A DNA stretch of 63,908 nt, counting the filler, from an uncultured Synergistales bacterium (lineage in GTDB: Bacteria > Synergistota > Synergistia > Synergistales > Aminobacteriaceae): the NCBI GenBank assembly GCA_937897575.1. It is 10 parts of 10 records of this genome, joined end to end, with 100 filler letters (N's around TTAATTAATTAA, not from the genome) between each part and the next. Parts side by side here need not be neighbours in the genome. Positions count along the whole stretch, not along the records: positions 5,957 to 13,535 come from CALCQG010000151.1; positions 13,636 to 20,242 come from CALCQG010000153.1; 8 more parts are not named here. One strand, given 5' to 3'. Shown piece after piece: positions 10,045 to 19,548 of the stretch. Every line of letters begins with the position of its first letter. The stretch's first letter is position 1. The position numbers and the translations under genes were made by a program. The notes beneath the pieces were generated by a model that did no database searches, had not been told where the DNA came from, and was given only the letters and a program-made list of their open reading frames with translations.

Positions 10045-10664
10045 CGACAGTCTTTCAGAACAGAACGAGCGCCGTCGCCGCATGGACGGACCTCGAGGAG
10101 CGGGTCCGTTCGTGCACGAGATGCGGGCTCTGCTCATCCCGAAAGAACACCGTATTCGGACAGGGCAACCGGAATTCACCAGTGGTCTTCATCGGAGAGG
10201 GGCCGGGGGCGGAGGAGGACGAGCAGGGGGTGGCCTTCGTCGGCCGCGCCGGGCAGCTTCTCACCCAGATCCTTGCATCGGTGGACATCAGACGGGAGGA
10301 CGTCTTCATCATGAATGTGGTGAAGTGCCGGCCTCCCGAGAACAGGGTCCCGACGCCCGAGGAGATGGTGGCCTGTTCTCCATTCCTCGAGACCCAGCTG
10401 GCCCTCCTGTCGCCCCATATCGTGGTCTGCCTCGGAAATACGCCGACGCGGTGGCTTCTCAAGACGACGGAGGGGATAACGGCCCTTCGCGGACGATGGT
10501 TCCCCTGGAGGGGCATCCGCCTGGTCCCCATGTTCCACCCGAGCTACCTGCTTCGGAACGACTCGAAAAAGGTGGGCGGCCCGAAGGAGCTGACATGGCG
10601 CGACATAAAGGCCGTCCGGGTGGAGATGGACCGGATCGCAGCCGAAGGGGGAGAGCGGTCGTGA
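10041..10664 (+). CDS. Uracil-DNA glycosylase family 4
   Basis: CTRCGL Fe-S motif, IGEGPG, FVGRAG, NVVKCRPP, FHPSYLLR. Confidence 0.95.
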   Translation: MTTVFQNRTSAVAAWTDLEERVRSCTRCGLCSSRKNTVFGQGNRNSPVVFIGEGPGAEEDEQGVAFVGRAGQLLTQILASVDIRREDVFIMNVVKCRPPENRVPTPEEMVACSPFLETQLALLSPHIVVCLGNTPTRWLLKTTEGITALRGRWFPWRGIRLVPMFHPSYLLRNDSKKVGGPKELTWRDIKAVRVEMDRIAAEGGERS

Positions 10665-11362
10665 ACGCTCCCTGTACGCCCGTTCCCTTTCACGTCGCCA
10701 TCATCATGGACGGAAACGGACGGTGGGCGAAGCGACGGGGCCTTCCGCGCCTCCTCGGCCACAGGGCCGGCGTCCATGCCCTGGAGAGAGTCGTCCGGGC
10801 CGCTCCCGGGCTCGGCATCACCCACCTCTCGGTCTACGCCTTCTCGACGGAGAACTGGCAACGGCCGTCCACGGAGATCCTGGGCCTCATGAGCATCCTT
10901 CGGGTCTACCTCAAGAGGAAGGTGCGGGAGCTGAAGGAACGGGACGTCCGGCTCCTCTTCTGCGGGACGAGGGCGGGGCTCTCCCCGGACGTCGCCGACC
11001 TCATGGCTTGGGCTGAGGAGGAGACGTCCTCGAACTCCCTGCTGACTCTGATCCCATGCTTCAACTACGGCGGACGGCAGGAGATCCTCGACGCCGTCAA
11101 CGCCCTCGTCGCCGAGGGGCGATCCGGCCCCGTCGACCAGGAGGACATCCGGCGCCACCTCTACCTGCCCGACCTCCCCGACCCGGACCTCATCATCCGG
11201 ACAAGCGGCGAACAGCGGCTGAGCAACTTCTGGGCGTGGCAGGGGACGTACAGCGAGCTGTACTTCACGGACACCCTCTGGCCCGATTTCGACGGCGAAT
11301 GCCTCGAGAGGGCCGTCCAACACTTCGCAGACAGGGAGAGACGCTATGGAGCACTCGCATAA
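10661..11362 (+). CDS. uppS: Undecaprenyl diphosphate synthase
   Basis: HVAIIMDGNGRWA, YAFSTENW, IRTSGEQRLSNF; GTG start overlapping the UDG stop. Confidence 0.96.
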   Translation: MNAPCTPVPFHVAIIMDGNGRWAKRRGLPRLLGHRAGVHALERVVRAAPGLGITHLSVYAFSTENWQRPSTEILGLMSILRVYLKRKVRELKERDVRLLFCGTRAGLSPDVADLMAWAEEETSSNSLLTLIPCFNYGGRQEILDAVNALVAEGRSGPVDQEDIRRHLYLPDLPDPDLIIRTSGEQRLSNFWAWQGTYSELYFTDTLWPDFDGECLERAVQHFADRERRYGALA

Positions 11363-12173
11363 GGTCGGAACCAGGGAGCTGCTCATCCGGACCGCAAGCG
11401 GAGGAGCCGTTGTCCTCGCAGTCCTGGGAGGACTCTACGCCGGCGGCATGATCTGGACCACCCTGGTGGCCATCTTCGCGCTCGTCTCCCTGGCCGAGTT
11501 CTACATGATGGTCTCCCGGAAGTACAAGGTCTCCAAGGGAATCGGCTTCCTCACGGCGACGCTCATCATCTTCACGGCCGCCGAGGGGATACACCCCATG
11601 TCCCTGATCCTCTCCCTGAGCTTCGCCTGCTTCATCGTCCTCTTCGTGGAGGTCTTCAGGCGGCAGCTGCAGGGCAACAGCTACGCCATATGGAACATGG
11701 GAGGGACCATCTCGGGCATCCTCTACATCGTCATGCCCTGGACCTTCATGATCCTCCTGCGCAAACTGCCCTCCGGAGAGCTGCTTCTCCTCGTCCTGTT
11801 CCTCTCCACGTGGAGCTGCGATGTGGCGGCCTACCTCGTGGGCTCCCGCTGGGGCCGCACACCCCTGTGCGACAACGTGAGCCCCAAGAAGACCTGGGAG
11901 GGCTTCATCGGAGGGCTCGCCGCCGCCCTGCTCGCCGGGGTGGCCGTCGCCTACGTCCTGAAGATGCCGCCGCTGCCCTTTCTGTACGTCGGGCTCATAT
12001 GCGGCATTCCCGGGCAGCTCAGCGACCTCGCCGAGTCCGTCATAAAACGGGAGTCGGGCGTGAAGGACAGCGGAAAGGCCGTCCCGGGCCACGGCGGCAT
12101 GCTCGACCGGTTCGACAGCGTGCTCGTCAGCAGCCTGCTCGTCTACGCCCTCTTCGGGGTCATCCTGCGATGA
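11346..12173 (+). CDS. cdsA: Phosphatidate cytidylyltransferase
   Basis: SPKKTWEG, KRESGVKDSG..PGHGGMLDRFDS. Confidence 0.96.
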   Translation: MEHSHKVGTRELLIRTASGGAVVLAVLGGLYAGGMIWTTLVAIFALVSLAEFYMMVSRKYKVSKGIGFLTATLIIFTAAEGIHPMSLILSLSFACFIVLFVEVFRRQLQGNSYAIWNMGGTISGILYIVMPWTFMILLRKLPSGELLLLVLFLSTWSCDVAAYLVGSRWGRTPLCDNVSPKKTWEGFIGGLAAALLAGVAVAYVLKMPPLPFLYVGLICGIPGQLSDLAESVIKRESGVKDSGKAVPGHGGMLDRFDSVLVSSLLVYALFGVILR

Positions 12174-13354
12174 AGAAACGGCTGCTCGTCGTGGGGTGCA
12201 CGGGGAGCGTGGGGCGCTCCCTCCTGTCCGTGTGCAGCGCCTTCCTCGAACGCTTCGAAGTGCGGATCCTCGCCGCGAGGTCGTCCGTCGAGACGATGGC
12301 GTCCCTGGCCCTGTCCTTCCGCCCCGAGCAGGTCATCCTCAGCGACGAAGGGGCCGCGACGCGACTCCGGGGACGACTGGGGGAGAGCACTGCAGTCCTC
12401 GGGGGGCAGCGGGCCATAGAGGAGGCCGCCGGTCGCCCCGACATCGACCATGTGGTCATCGCCTCCTCCGGGACGGACGCTCTGCCGGCCCTCATGACGG
12501 CCCTCCGGTCCGGCAAGGAGGTCTCCCTCGCGAACAAGGAGAGCATCGTCGTGGGGGCTCCCTGGGTGCTGCCCCTCGTGCAGGGGAGCAACCAGCTGAG
12601 ACCCCTCGACAGCGAGCACAACGCCCTGTGGCAGTGCCTCCTCGGGCGGCGCGCGGAGGACATCGCGACGGTCTACCTGACCGCCTCGGGCGGTCCCTTC
12701 CGCACCTGGACGGAGGAGGAGCTGAGCCGGGTGACGCCGTCCATGGCTCTGCGCCACCCCGTATGGAGCATGGGGGCCAAGCTCACCGTGGACAGCGCGA
12801 CGCTGATGAACAAGGGCATCGAGATCATGGAGGCCATGAGCCTCTTCTCCCTGCCCCTCGAGAAGGTGGAGGCCGTCCTCTCGCCCGATCCCTTCGTGCA
12901 CGGCCTGGTCCGGTTCGCCGACGGAACCTTTCTCATGGCGGCGTCGGAGGCGGACATGCAGATCCCCTGCGCCACGGCCCTCTTTCACCCCGAGAGGCCG
13001 CCGCGGCCCATGGTCCAACCGCGGGAGCTCCGCGGCACGACCATATCCTTCGAGGCGCCCGACGAGAGGCGGTTTCCGTGCCTGCGCCTCGCCAAGGAGG
13101 CCGCCGCAGCGGGAGGCGCCGCTCCAGCCTTGCTTGTGGGCGCCGATGAGGTCGCCGTGGACGCCTTTCTTGCCGGCGCCATCGCCTTCACTCACATTCC
13201 GAAGGTCGTCGACGCCGTGCTCGCCTCCTTTACGGGGTCAGCGCCCGTCTCCCTTGACGAGTCCCTCGCCGTGCTGGACGAGGGGCGTCGCGCAGCGGCC
13301 AAAATTTGCGGTACAATAGCGTCCGGCACACATCAAGGAGATCGATGGCAATGA
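12170..13354 (+). CDS. dxr: 1-deoxy-D-xylulose 5-phosphate reductoisomerase
   Basis: GCTGSVG, LANKES, PLDSEH, LTASGGPF, HPVWSMG, DSATLMNKG; ATGA overlap with cdsA. Confidence 0.96.
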   Translation: MKKRLLVVGCTGSVGRSLLSVCSAFLERFEVRILAARSSVETMASLALSFRPEQVILSDEGAATRLRGRLGESTAVLGGQRAIEEAAGRPDIDHVVIASSGTDALPALMTALRSGKEVSLANKESIVVGAPWVLPLVQGSNQLRPLDSEHNALWQCLLGRRAEDIATVYLTASGGPFRTWTEEELSRVTPSMALRHPVWSMGAKLTVDSATLMNKGIEIMEAMSLFSLPLEKVEAVLSPDPFVHGLVRFADGTFLMAASEADMQIPCATALFHPERPPRPMVQPRELRGTTISFEAPDERRFPCLRLAKEAAAAGGAAPALLVGADEVAVDAFLAGAIAFTHIPKVVDAVLASFTGSAPVSLDESLAVLDEGRRAAAKICGTIASGTHQGDRWQ

Positions 13355-13535
13355 CAAGTCTTCTCTCGTTTATCGTGGTCATAGGCATCTGCGTCGTGGT
13401 GCACGAGTACGGGCACTACATCTCCGCCCGTCTTTTCGACGTGCAGGTCCATGAGTTCGCCTTCGGAATGGGGCCCGTCCTCTTCCAGCGCACCGGGAGG
13501 ACCACCGTCTGGTCCGTCCGGGCCTTTACCGTCGG
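13351..13535 (+). CDS. rseP: RIP metalloprotease RseP, 3' truncated
   Basis: VHEYGH, EFAFGMGP; conserved uppS-cdsA-dxr-rseP order. Confidence 0.92.
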
Positions 13536-13635
13536 NNNNNNNNNNNNNNNNNNNNNNNNNNNNNNNNNNNNNNNNNNNNTTAATTAATTAANNNNNNNNN
13601 NNNNNNNNNNNNNNNNNNNNNNNNNNNNNNNNNNN
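13536..13635. other. Artificial contig spacer
   Basis: N44-TTAATTAATTAA-N44. Confidence 0.99.
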
Positions 13636-14160
13636 CCGGCCTTCCTCTGCCGCCAGACGGACCTTCTCGTCGCGGCGGCCCGGACGGGGAAGCCCATGAA
13701 CGTGAAGAAGGCCCAGTTCCTGGCCCCCTGGGACATGGCCAACGTGGTGGAGAAGTGCCGCTCCGGCGGGTCGTCGTCCGTCATGCTCTGCGAGCGGGGG
13801 ACCACCATGGGGTACGGCCAGCTCGTGGTGGACATGCGCTCGCTGCCCGTCCTCCGCTCCTTCGGCTGCCCCGTGGTCTTCGACGGGACCCACAGCGTCC
13901 AGATGCCCGGCGCCGCGGGGAGCTCAAGCGGCGGCGACCGGCGGTTCGTACAGGCCCTCGTCCGAGCGGCCGTCGCCGTGGGCGTGGACGCCCTCTTCCT
14001 CGAGACCCACCCCCACCCCGAACGGGCGAAGAGCGACGGCCCGAACCTCGTCCCCCTGCGGGCCATGAGGCCCCTGCTGGAACAGGTTATGGCGCTGCAC
14101 GAGACGGCCGGGCGGCTGGGCGCGTCCCGCCTCGACTGGGCCGAAGAGGAGGAGCGGTGA
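13636..14160 (+). CDS. kdsA: 3-deoxy-8-phosphooctulonate (Kdo8P) synthase, 5' truncated
   Basis: [41 protein letters not shown]. Confidence 0.96.
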   Translation, partial: PAFLCRQTDLLVAAARTGKPMNVKKAQFLAPWDMANVVEKCRSGGSSSVMLCERGTTMGYGQLVVDMRSLPVLRSFGCPVVFDGTHSVQMPGAAGSSSGGDRRFVQALVRAAVAVGVDALFLETHPHPERAKSDGPNLVPLRAMRPLLEQVMALHETAGRLGASRLDWAEEEER

Positions 14161-14161
14161 C

Positions 14162-15199
14162 ATGAAGCTGCCCTGTGAACGGAAAGGAACCCCTCTCGCC
14201 GACGAGGAGCTCCTCGAGATAGGGAGGGCGCTGCTGCGCTCCGAGGCGTCGGAGCTGATCCGAGCCGCCGACCGCTTCGCCATGGAGCTTGTCCGGGCCG
14301 CCCGGATCATCCACTCCTGCCGGGGACGCCTCGCCGTCGTGGGGATGGGCAAATCGGGCATCATCGCCCGGAAGATCGCCGCGACCCTGGCCTCTCTCGG
14401 GACGCCCTCCTTCTTCCTCCACGCCGCCGAGGGCTCCCACGGCGACCTGGGCATGGTCTGCCGGGACGACGCCGCCCTCATCCTGAGCAACAGCGGCACC
14501 ACCTCGGAGGTGGTGGCCATCCTGCCGCACTTCAAGCGCCTCGGGGCCCCCATCGTCGCCATCACGGGTGGGCTTGCCTCGCCCCTGGCCCGGGAGGCCG
14601 ACGTGGTCCTGGACTCCTCCGTCCGATCGGAAGGCGGAGAGGCCCTGTGCACGGCCGACGAGGAGGGGGACGCCCTTGCCCTCGCCCCCATGTGCAGCAC
14701 CACCCTCCAGCTCGCCATCGGCGACGCCCTGGCCAGCATGGTGACCAAGCTCCGGGGCCTCCGCCCCCGGGACTTCGCCCTCTTCCACCCCGGCGGAGCC
14801 CTGGGCCGCCGTCTGCTCACCAGGGTGTCCGACGTCATGGGCTCCGGCGACCGCCTGCCCGTCATCCGCCCCGACGTCTCCGTGAGCGACGCCCTCTTCG
14901 AGATGACGAGCAAGGGCTACGGGGCCACGGTCATCGCCGACGGGGACGGAATCCTCCTCGGGGTCTTCACCGACGGAGACCTCCGGCGGCTCATCGGCCG
15001 GTGCGGCGTGGAGTGCCTTGCCCTCCGGGTAGGGGACGTGATGATCACGAACCCCGTCACCATCGAACCGGACAAGCTCGCCGCCGAGGCCGTCCGCGTC
15101 ATGGAGCAGCGGGAGATCTCGGCGCTGATCGTGGTGCAGGACAGGCGTCCCGTGGGCATCGTCCACCTGCACGAGCTGCTCAAGGCGGGGGTGGCCTGA
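14162..15199 (+). CDS. kdsD: Arabinose-5-phosphate isomerase (KpsF/GutQ family, SIS + CBS)
   Basis: GMGKSG, HGDLG, SNSG, FHPGGALG, TDGDLRR. Confidence 0.95.
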   Translation: MKLPCERKGTPLADEELLEIGRALLRSEASELIRAADRFAMELVRAARIIHSCRGRLAVVGMGKSGIIARKIAATLASLGTPSFFLHAAEGSHGDLGMVCRDDAALILSNSGTTSEVVAILPHFKRLGAPIVAITGGLASPLAREADVVLDSSVRSEGGEALCTADEEGDALALAPMCSTTLQLAIGDALASMVTKLRGLRPRDFALFHPGGALGRRLLTRVSDVMGSGDRLPVIRPDVSVSDALFEMTSKGYGATVIADGDGILLGVFTDGDLRRLIGRCGVECLALRVGDVMITNPVTIEPDKLAAEAVRVMEQREISALIVVQDRRPVGIVHLHELLKAGVA

Positions 15200-15200
15200 C

Positions 15201-16454
15201 CTGTACTTCGGGCTGTACGGCGCCGCGGCGTCCCTTCTGTACCCTCTGGCCTACCCCTGGCTCGCCCGCCGGTACGCCACCGGCCTCGACGAGCGCCGGG
15301 GCCTCTATGTTCCCAGCCGGTTCGACGGGCCGACGCGCCCCCTGTGGGTGCACGCCGTCTCCGTGGGGGAGGTCCAGTCGGCCTGGCCGCTGCTCCGCGC
15401 CCTCAAGGCGAGGGCCCCCTCGGCCCGGGCCGTCCTCTCGACCACCACCGTCACGGGGCAGACGATGGCGCGGCAGTTGACCGCCCCATACGCCGACGAT
15501 ATACTCTACTACCCCTGGGACGTGCCGAAGATCGTGCGCCGGGCCCTCTCCGCCGTCCGCCCCGCGGCCTACGCCGCGCTCGAGACGGAGGTGTGGCCCG
15601 CCATGCTGCGGGAGCTGGCGGCTCGGGACATCCCGACCTTCCTCGTCAACGGACGGTTCTCCGAGCGGGCGGTGCGAAACTTCCGGCGGCACCCCGCCTT
15701 CTGGCGGAGCCTCTACGGCCTCTTCACCCGCCTGCTGGTGAAGAGGCGCTCGCCCTCGGACCGGGAGGCCCTTCGCGCCATCGCCATCCCCGAGGAGCGG
15801 ATCGTCGTGACGGGGGACTGCAAGGTGGATGCCCTCGTCCTGCGGCGGGAGGGGGCCGACCTCGCCCGGGCCAGGGCGATCGTCGGGGAGGGGGGACCGG
15901 TCTTCCTCGCCGGAAGTACCCACGGGGGCGAGGACGAGGTGGTCCTGGAGGCCTACCGGACGGTCCGCGCGTCGCTCCCGGCGGCGAGGCTCGTCGTCGT
16001 CCCGCGGCACCCCGAGCGGGCGCAGGACGTGCTGACTCTGGCGGAGCGGGTCGCCCCTTCGAAGCGCCTCTCGGACCCTGATGGCGGCTGGGCCATTCTG
16101 GTGGTGGACAGAATAGGCGCCCTCTTCGACCTCTACGCCGTCGCCGACGGCGTCTTCGTGGGCGGCAGCCTGGTGCCCAAGGGCGGCCAGAACATCATGG
16201 AGCCCGCCGTCTTCGGTCAGCCTCTGTGCCACGGCCCCTTCATGACCGACTTCCCCGACGCCGCCAGGGACCTTGGCGCGCTGGGGGTCGCCACGGAGGT
16301 TCGAAGCGCCGCCGAGATCGCCGGGCACTGGCTGCGAAGCCTGGACACGGAGGCGCGGGGCACCGCCGCCCGGGCTGCGGCGGCGTATTTCGCGAGAAAC
16401 GGGGGAGCGGCAGAGGCCTCCCTGGACGTCATATTCGAGGAGATGGGATTATGA
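15201..16454 (+). CDS. waaA: Kdo transferase (WaaA/KdtA), probable CTG start
   Basis: WVHAVSVGE, ETEVWP, GSTH, VPRHPER, VGGSL..GGQN..EP; the hydrophobic N-terminus and ERRG motif lie in frame upstream of the GTG at 15348. Confidence 0.9.
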   Translation: MYFGLYGAAASLLYPLAYPWLARRYATGLDERRGLYVPSRFDGPTRPLWVHAVSVGEVQSAWPLLRALKARAPSARAVLSTTTVTGQTMARQLTAPYADDILYYPWDVPKIVRRALSAVRPAAYAALETEVWPAMLRELAARDIPTFLVNGRFSERAVRNFRRHPAFWRSLYGLFTRLLVKRRSPSDREALRAIAIPEERIVVTGDCKVDALVLRREGADLARARAIVGEGGPVFLAGSTHGGEDEVVLEAYRTVRASLPAARLVVVPRHPERAQDVLTLAERVAPSKRLSDPDGGWAILVVDRIGALFDLYAVADGVFVGGSLVPKGGQNIMEPAVFGQPLCHGPFMTDFPDAARDLGALGVATEVRSAAEIAGHWLRSLDTEARGTAARAAAAYFARNGGAAEASLDVIFEEMGL

Positions 16455-17668
16455 AGGTGCGGGAATCTCTCATGACGGCATTTTATGAGGGGCTGGACCC
16501 CCGGTCGAGGGCGGCCCTCGACGAGGCGGTGGACGCCATCGTTACCACGAAGGAGCGGGGCGGAAAGATCGTCGTGGCCACGGGCAGCGGGCCCAACATC
16601 CACGAGGGGGTCACCACCCTCGTGGCGGAGCTCATGGACAAGGGCCTTGTGGACGGCGTGACCACGAGCTCCGCCGTGGTGGGGCACGAGATGGCCGGGG
16701 CCCTCGACGTGGTCAAGATGTGCAGGGGCTCCGCCCTGGGCTTCGACGAGCGCTTCATGCCCCGGGGCGACGTCTTCGAGTTCACCCGGCTGACGGAGGG
16801 GGAGCTGGCGGCCCTCCGGCGCGAGATGGTCCTCGACGAGGACCTGCTCGCCAGAGGCGAGCGGGCCGAGGGGCACCTCGTCACCAAGGCCGCCGGCAAC
16901 ATGGCCTACCCCATGGGGCTCCGCAACGAGGAGCTCGCCGCGGAGATCCTGGTCTTCAGCAGGGCCTGCGGCCTCCCCTTCGAGACCGTGGCCGGCTGGG
17001 GCGCCGACCGCCGCACCATGATCGGCATCGGGTCCGAGAAGGGACTCCCCGTGCTCGTCAGCGTCCCCCAGATGATCGGAAGCGGCCATGTGGGCATGGC
17101 CATCGGCGACAGTATCTCCCTCTTCGAGCGGTCGGCGCGCATCGCCTCCATGCTCGGAGAGGCCGACATCATCATCGAGTCCGCCGTGGCCCTCACCCAG
17201 GAGATCCACGACGGCCCCTTCGAGTGCTATACGGGGCACGGCATCTGGTCCTGGTGGAAGGGGCTCCCCACCTATTCGTTGCAGGGGAAGAAGATCATCC
17301 GCATCGACCTGGACGAGAACCTCCGAAGGGCCTGGGACCTCCAGCGCGAGAGCGCCCTCATCCAAGAGGCCATCGACAAGGGGCTGCCCAAGACGAAGAT
17401 ATCGAAGATCCCCTTCCGCATGGAGATGTCCGCCTTCGCCCGCCACGAGGGGAGCATCCCCGTGATCGGCGACATCGGGGCCGTGTGGCCCGTGATGGCC
17501 TGGAGGGCAGCCGAACGTCTCGGCGTGGAGCTCGGCTTCATGAGCTACGCCCAGCACACCGACGAGGGGAAGGCCATGCGCGAATGGATCGTCCGGGAGA
17601 TCCGGCCGCTGGACCGCGAGGCCATGAGGGCGAAGGTCCGGGCCTGGAAGGCGGGGCGGAGGCCGTGA
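16451..17668 (+). CDS. Uncharacterised deoxyhypusine-synthase-like (NAD-binding fold) protein
   Basis: GGKIVVATGSGPNIHEG..LVDGVTTSSAVVGHE, GLPVLV and VIGDIGAVWP resemble DHS-fold segments; overlaps the waaA stop and kdsB start. Confidence 0.7.
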   Translation: MKVRESLMTAFYEGLDPRSRAALDEAVDAIVTTKERGGKIVVATGSGPNIHEGVTTLVAELMDKGLVDGVTTSSAVVGHEMAGALDVVKMCRGSALGFDERFMPRGDVFEFTRLTEGELAALRREMVLDEDLLARGERAEGHLVTKAAGNMAYPMGLRNEELAAEILVFSRACGLPFETVAGWGADRRTMIGIGSEKGLPVLVSVPQMIGSGHVGMAIGDSISLFERSARIASMLGEADIIIESAVALTQEIHDGPFECYTGHGIWSWWKGLPTYSLQGKKIIRIDLDENLRRAWDLQRESALIQEAIDKGLPKTKISKIPFRMEMSAFARHEGSIPVIGDIGAVWPVMAWRAAERLGVELGFMSYAQHTDEGKAMREWIVREIRPLDREAMRAKVRAWKAGRRP

Positions 17669-18394
17669 ATATCCTCGGCGTGATCCCCGCCCGGTACGCC
17701 TCCACGCGCCTGCCGGGGAAGCCTCTGGCCGACATCTGCGGCAAACCCCTCATCCGGCACGTCTACGAACGGGCCGCCCGGTCGTCCCTGCTGGCGGACC
17801 TCGCCGTTGCGACGGACGACGAGCGCATCCTGGAGGCCGTCCGCTCCTTCGGCGGGCGGGCGGTGCTCACGTCGCCCGACCACCCCAACGGGACCTGCCG
17901 CGTGGCGGAGGCCGTCGCGGAGAGCGACGCGGACATCGTGATCAACATCCAGGGCGACGAACCGCTCATCGACCCCGCCATGATCGACGAGACGGCCCGG
18001 TTGCTGATCGACGACCCGGAGGCCGACTCGTCCACCCTCTGCGCCCCTCTGCGGTGCGACGCCGACCTGGACGACCCTAGTGTTGTGAAGGTCGTCCGCG
18101 ACCTCCGGGGCTTCGCCCTCTACTTCAGCCGATCGGCCATCCCCTTCCGGCGAACGGCGGCGGACGTCCTCCTGTACGAGCACATCGGCATCTACGGGTA
18201 CCGGGCGGACTTCCTCCGGCGCTACGTGACCCTGCCCTCCACCCCCCTCTCCGAGGCCGAGTCCCTGGAGCAGCTTCGCATTCTGGAGCACGGCCACACC
18301 ATGAAGGTGGGCGTCACGCGGGCTGCGCACCGTGGACACACCCTCGGACCTCGAGGCGGTCCGCCGCCTCATGGCCGCCGACGGGACGCCATGA
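17665..18394 (+). CDS. kdsB: CMP-Kdo synthetase, with a frameshift near the 3' end (about 18331)
   Basis: IPARYASTRLPGKPL, NIQGDEP, YFSRS, HIGIY, ESLEQLR; the conserved tail VDTPSDLEAVRRLM* lies in the +1 frame (18332-18394). Confidence 0.9.
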
Positions 18395-19548
18395 GCGGCG
18401 CGGCGCGGCCTCCCACCCTCGTCATCCTGCTGAGCGACGGAATCCGGGGGCACCTCTCCCAGAGCCGGGGCGTCGCCGGGTGGCTCGCCCGCACGGCGGG
18501 GCTCGCGGTGACGGAGATGGAGGTCCCGCGCCTGACGGGGTGGCAAAAGGTCTGGCGGCTGAAGGTCCGGGGCCGGAGCATCCCGTCGATGTCTCGCAGC
18601 GACCTCGCTGGATGGCTCGACGGCACGGGAGCCGGAGCTCTTCTCGACGAGGCCCGGGCCGCCGTGGCCCAAGGCGGCCACGACGAAGGAAGGATCCTCG
18701 TCCTCTCGGCGGGGAGCGGCGCTGCGCCCTTCACCCTGGCCCTGGCCCGCGCCCTGGGCGCGAGGGCCTGCACCCTCATGACCCCCTCCGTGCTGGGGAC
18801 GAAGCCCTTCGACTTCGCCGTCGTGCCGGAGCACGACGGCCCCGAGCGGCGCGACAACGTGCTCGCCACCCTGGGGGCCCCCAACGCCATCTTCCCCGAT
18901 GAACTGGAGCGGCGGGCCGCGGAGCTTTCGGCGCTCCATCCGCCCCGCTCGCCCGATGCGCGCGAAGGATGGGCGTTCCTCATCGGCGGCGACGACCAGA
19001 ACTACGCGATCTCGCCCTCCTGGGTCGACGAGACCCTCGCCCCGCTCCTCGAGGAGGGAGCGCGCCGGGGCGCCGACCTCTACGTCACCACGTCGCGGCG
19101 TACGTCGCTCGACGCCGAGTCGGCGATAGAGCGCGTTGCCTCGGCGAACGGGGCCGTCCGCATGCTCCTGCTGGCGTCGAGGGACCCCATGAACCCCGTG
19201 CCGGGGATGCTGGGCCTCTGCGCCCGGGCCTTCGTCACCGAGGACTCCGTCTCCATGGCCTCCGAGGCCGTCACTGCGGGGCGCGAGGTGCTTTTGCTCC
19301 GCATCGGACGGCGAGGCGGCCTCCGCGGCGCCCTCCAGCGGATGACGGAACGCCTCGTGAACGCCCATGCTCTCCCGCCCGGTTTTCTCTGGGGACCGCC
19401 CCGCTTCGACCGCCTCTTCGCGGCGCTCGAAGAGGCGGGGTATGTGCGGGAGGCCTCCACAGGGGCGGAAACGGGACGGACACAGCCCGCTTCGCCGCTG
19501 AACGAGGCCCGTCGCGCCGCGGAGTGGATCCTGGAGCGGTGGGCATGA
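18391..19548 (+). CDS. ELM1/GtrOC1-like putative glycosyltransferase or nucleoside-diphosphate-sugar protein
   Basis: LSDGIRGHLSQS, VPEHD, LIGGD, TTSRRT, FVTEDSVSMASEA. Confidence 0.85.
   Translation: MSGAARPPTLVILLSDGIRGHLSQSRGVAGWLARTAGLAVTEMEVPRLTGWQKVWRLKVRGRSIPSMSRSDLAGWLDGTGAGALLDEARAAVAQGGHDEGRILVLSAGSGAAPFTLALARALGARACTLMTPSVLGTKPFDFAVVPEHDGPERRDNVLATLGAPNAIFPDELERRAAELSALHPPRSPDAREGWAFLIGGDDQNYAISPSWVDETLAPLLEEGARRGADLYVTTSRRTSLDAESAIERVASANGAVRMLLLASRDPMNPVPGMLGLCARAFVTEDSVSMASEAVTAGREVLLLRIGRRGGLRGALQRMTERLVNAHALPPGFLWGPPRFDRLFAALEEAGYVREASTGAETGRTQPASPLNEARRAAEWILERWA

Noticed and set aside
10082..13354. Long N-terminal extensions on uppS and dxr in the ORF track
   Set aside because: They overlap real upstream genes; GC-rich shadow frames, true starts at 10661 and 12170
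16720..19548. 942-aa ORF as one giant protein
   Set aside because: Its first 315 aa are a shadow frame over the DHS-like gene; the rest is kdsB plus ELM1 joined by the frameshift
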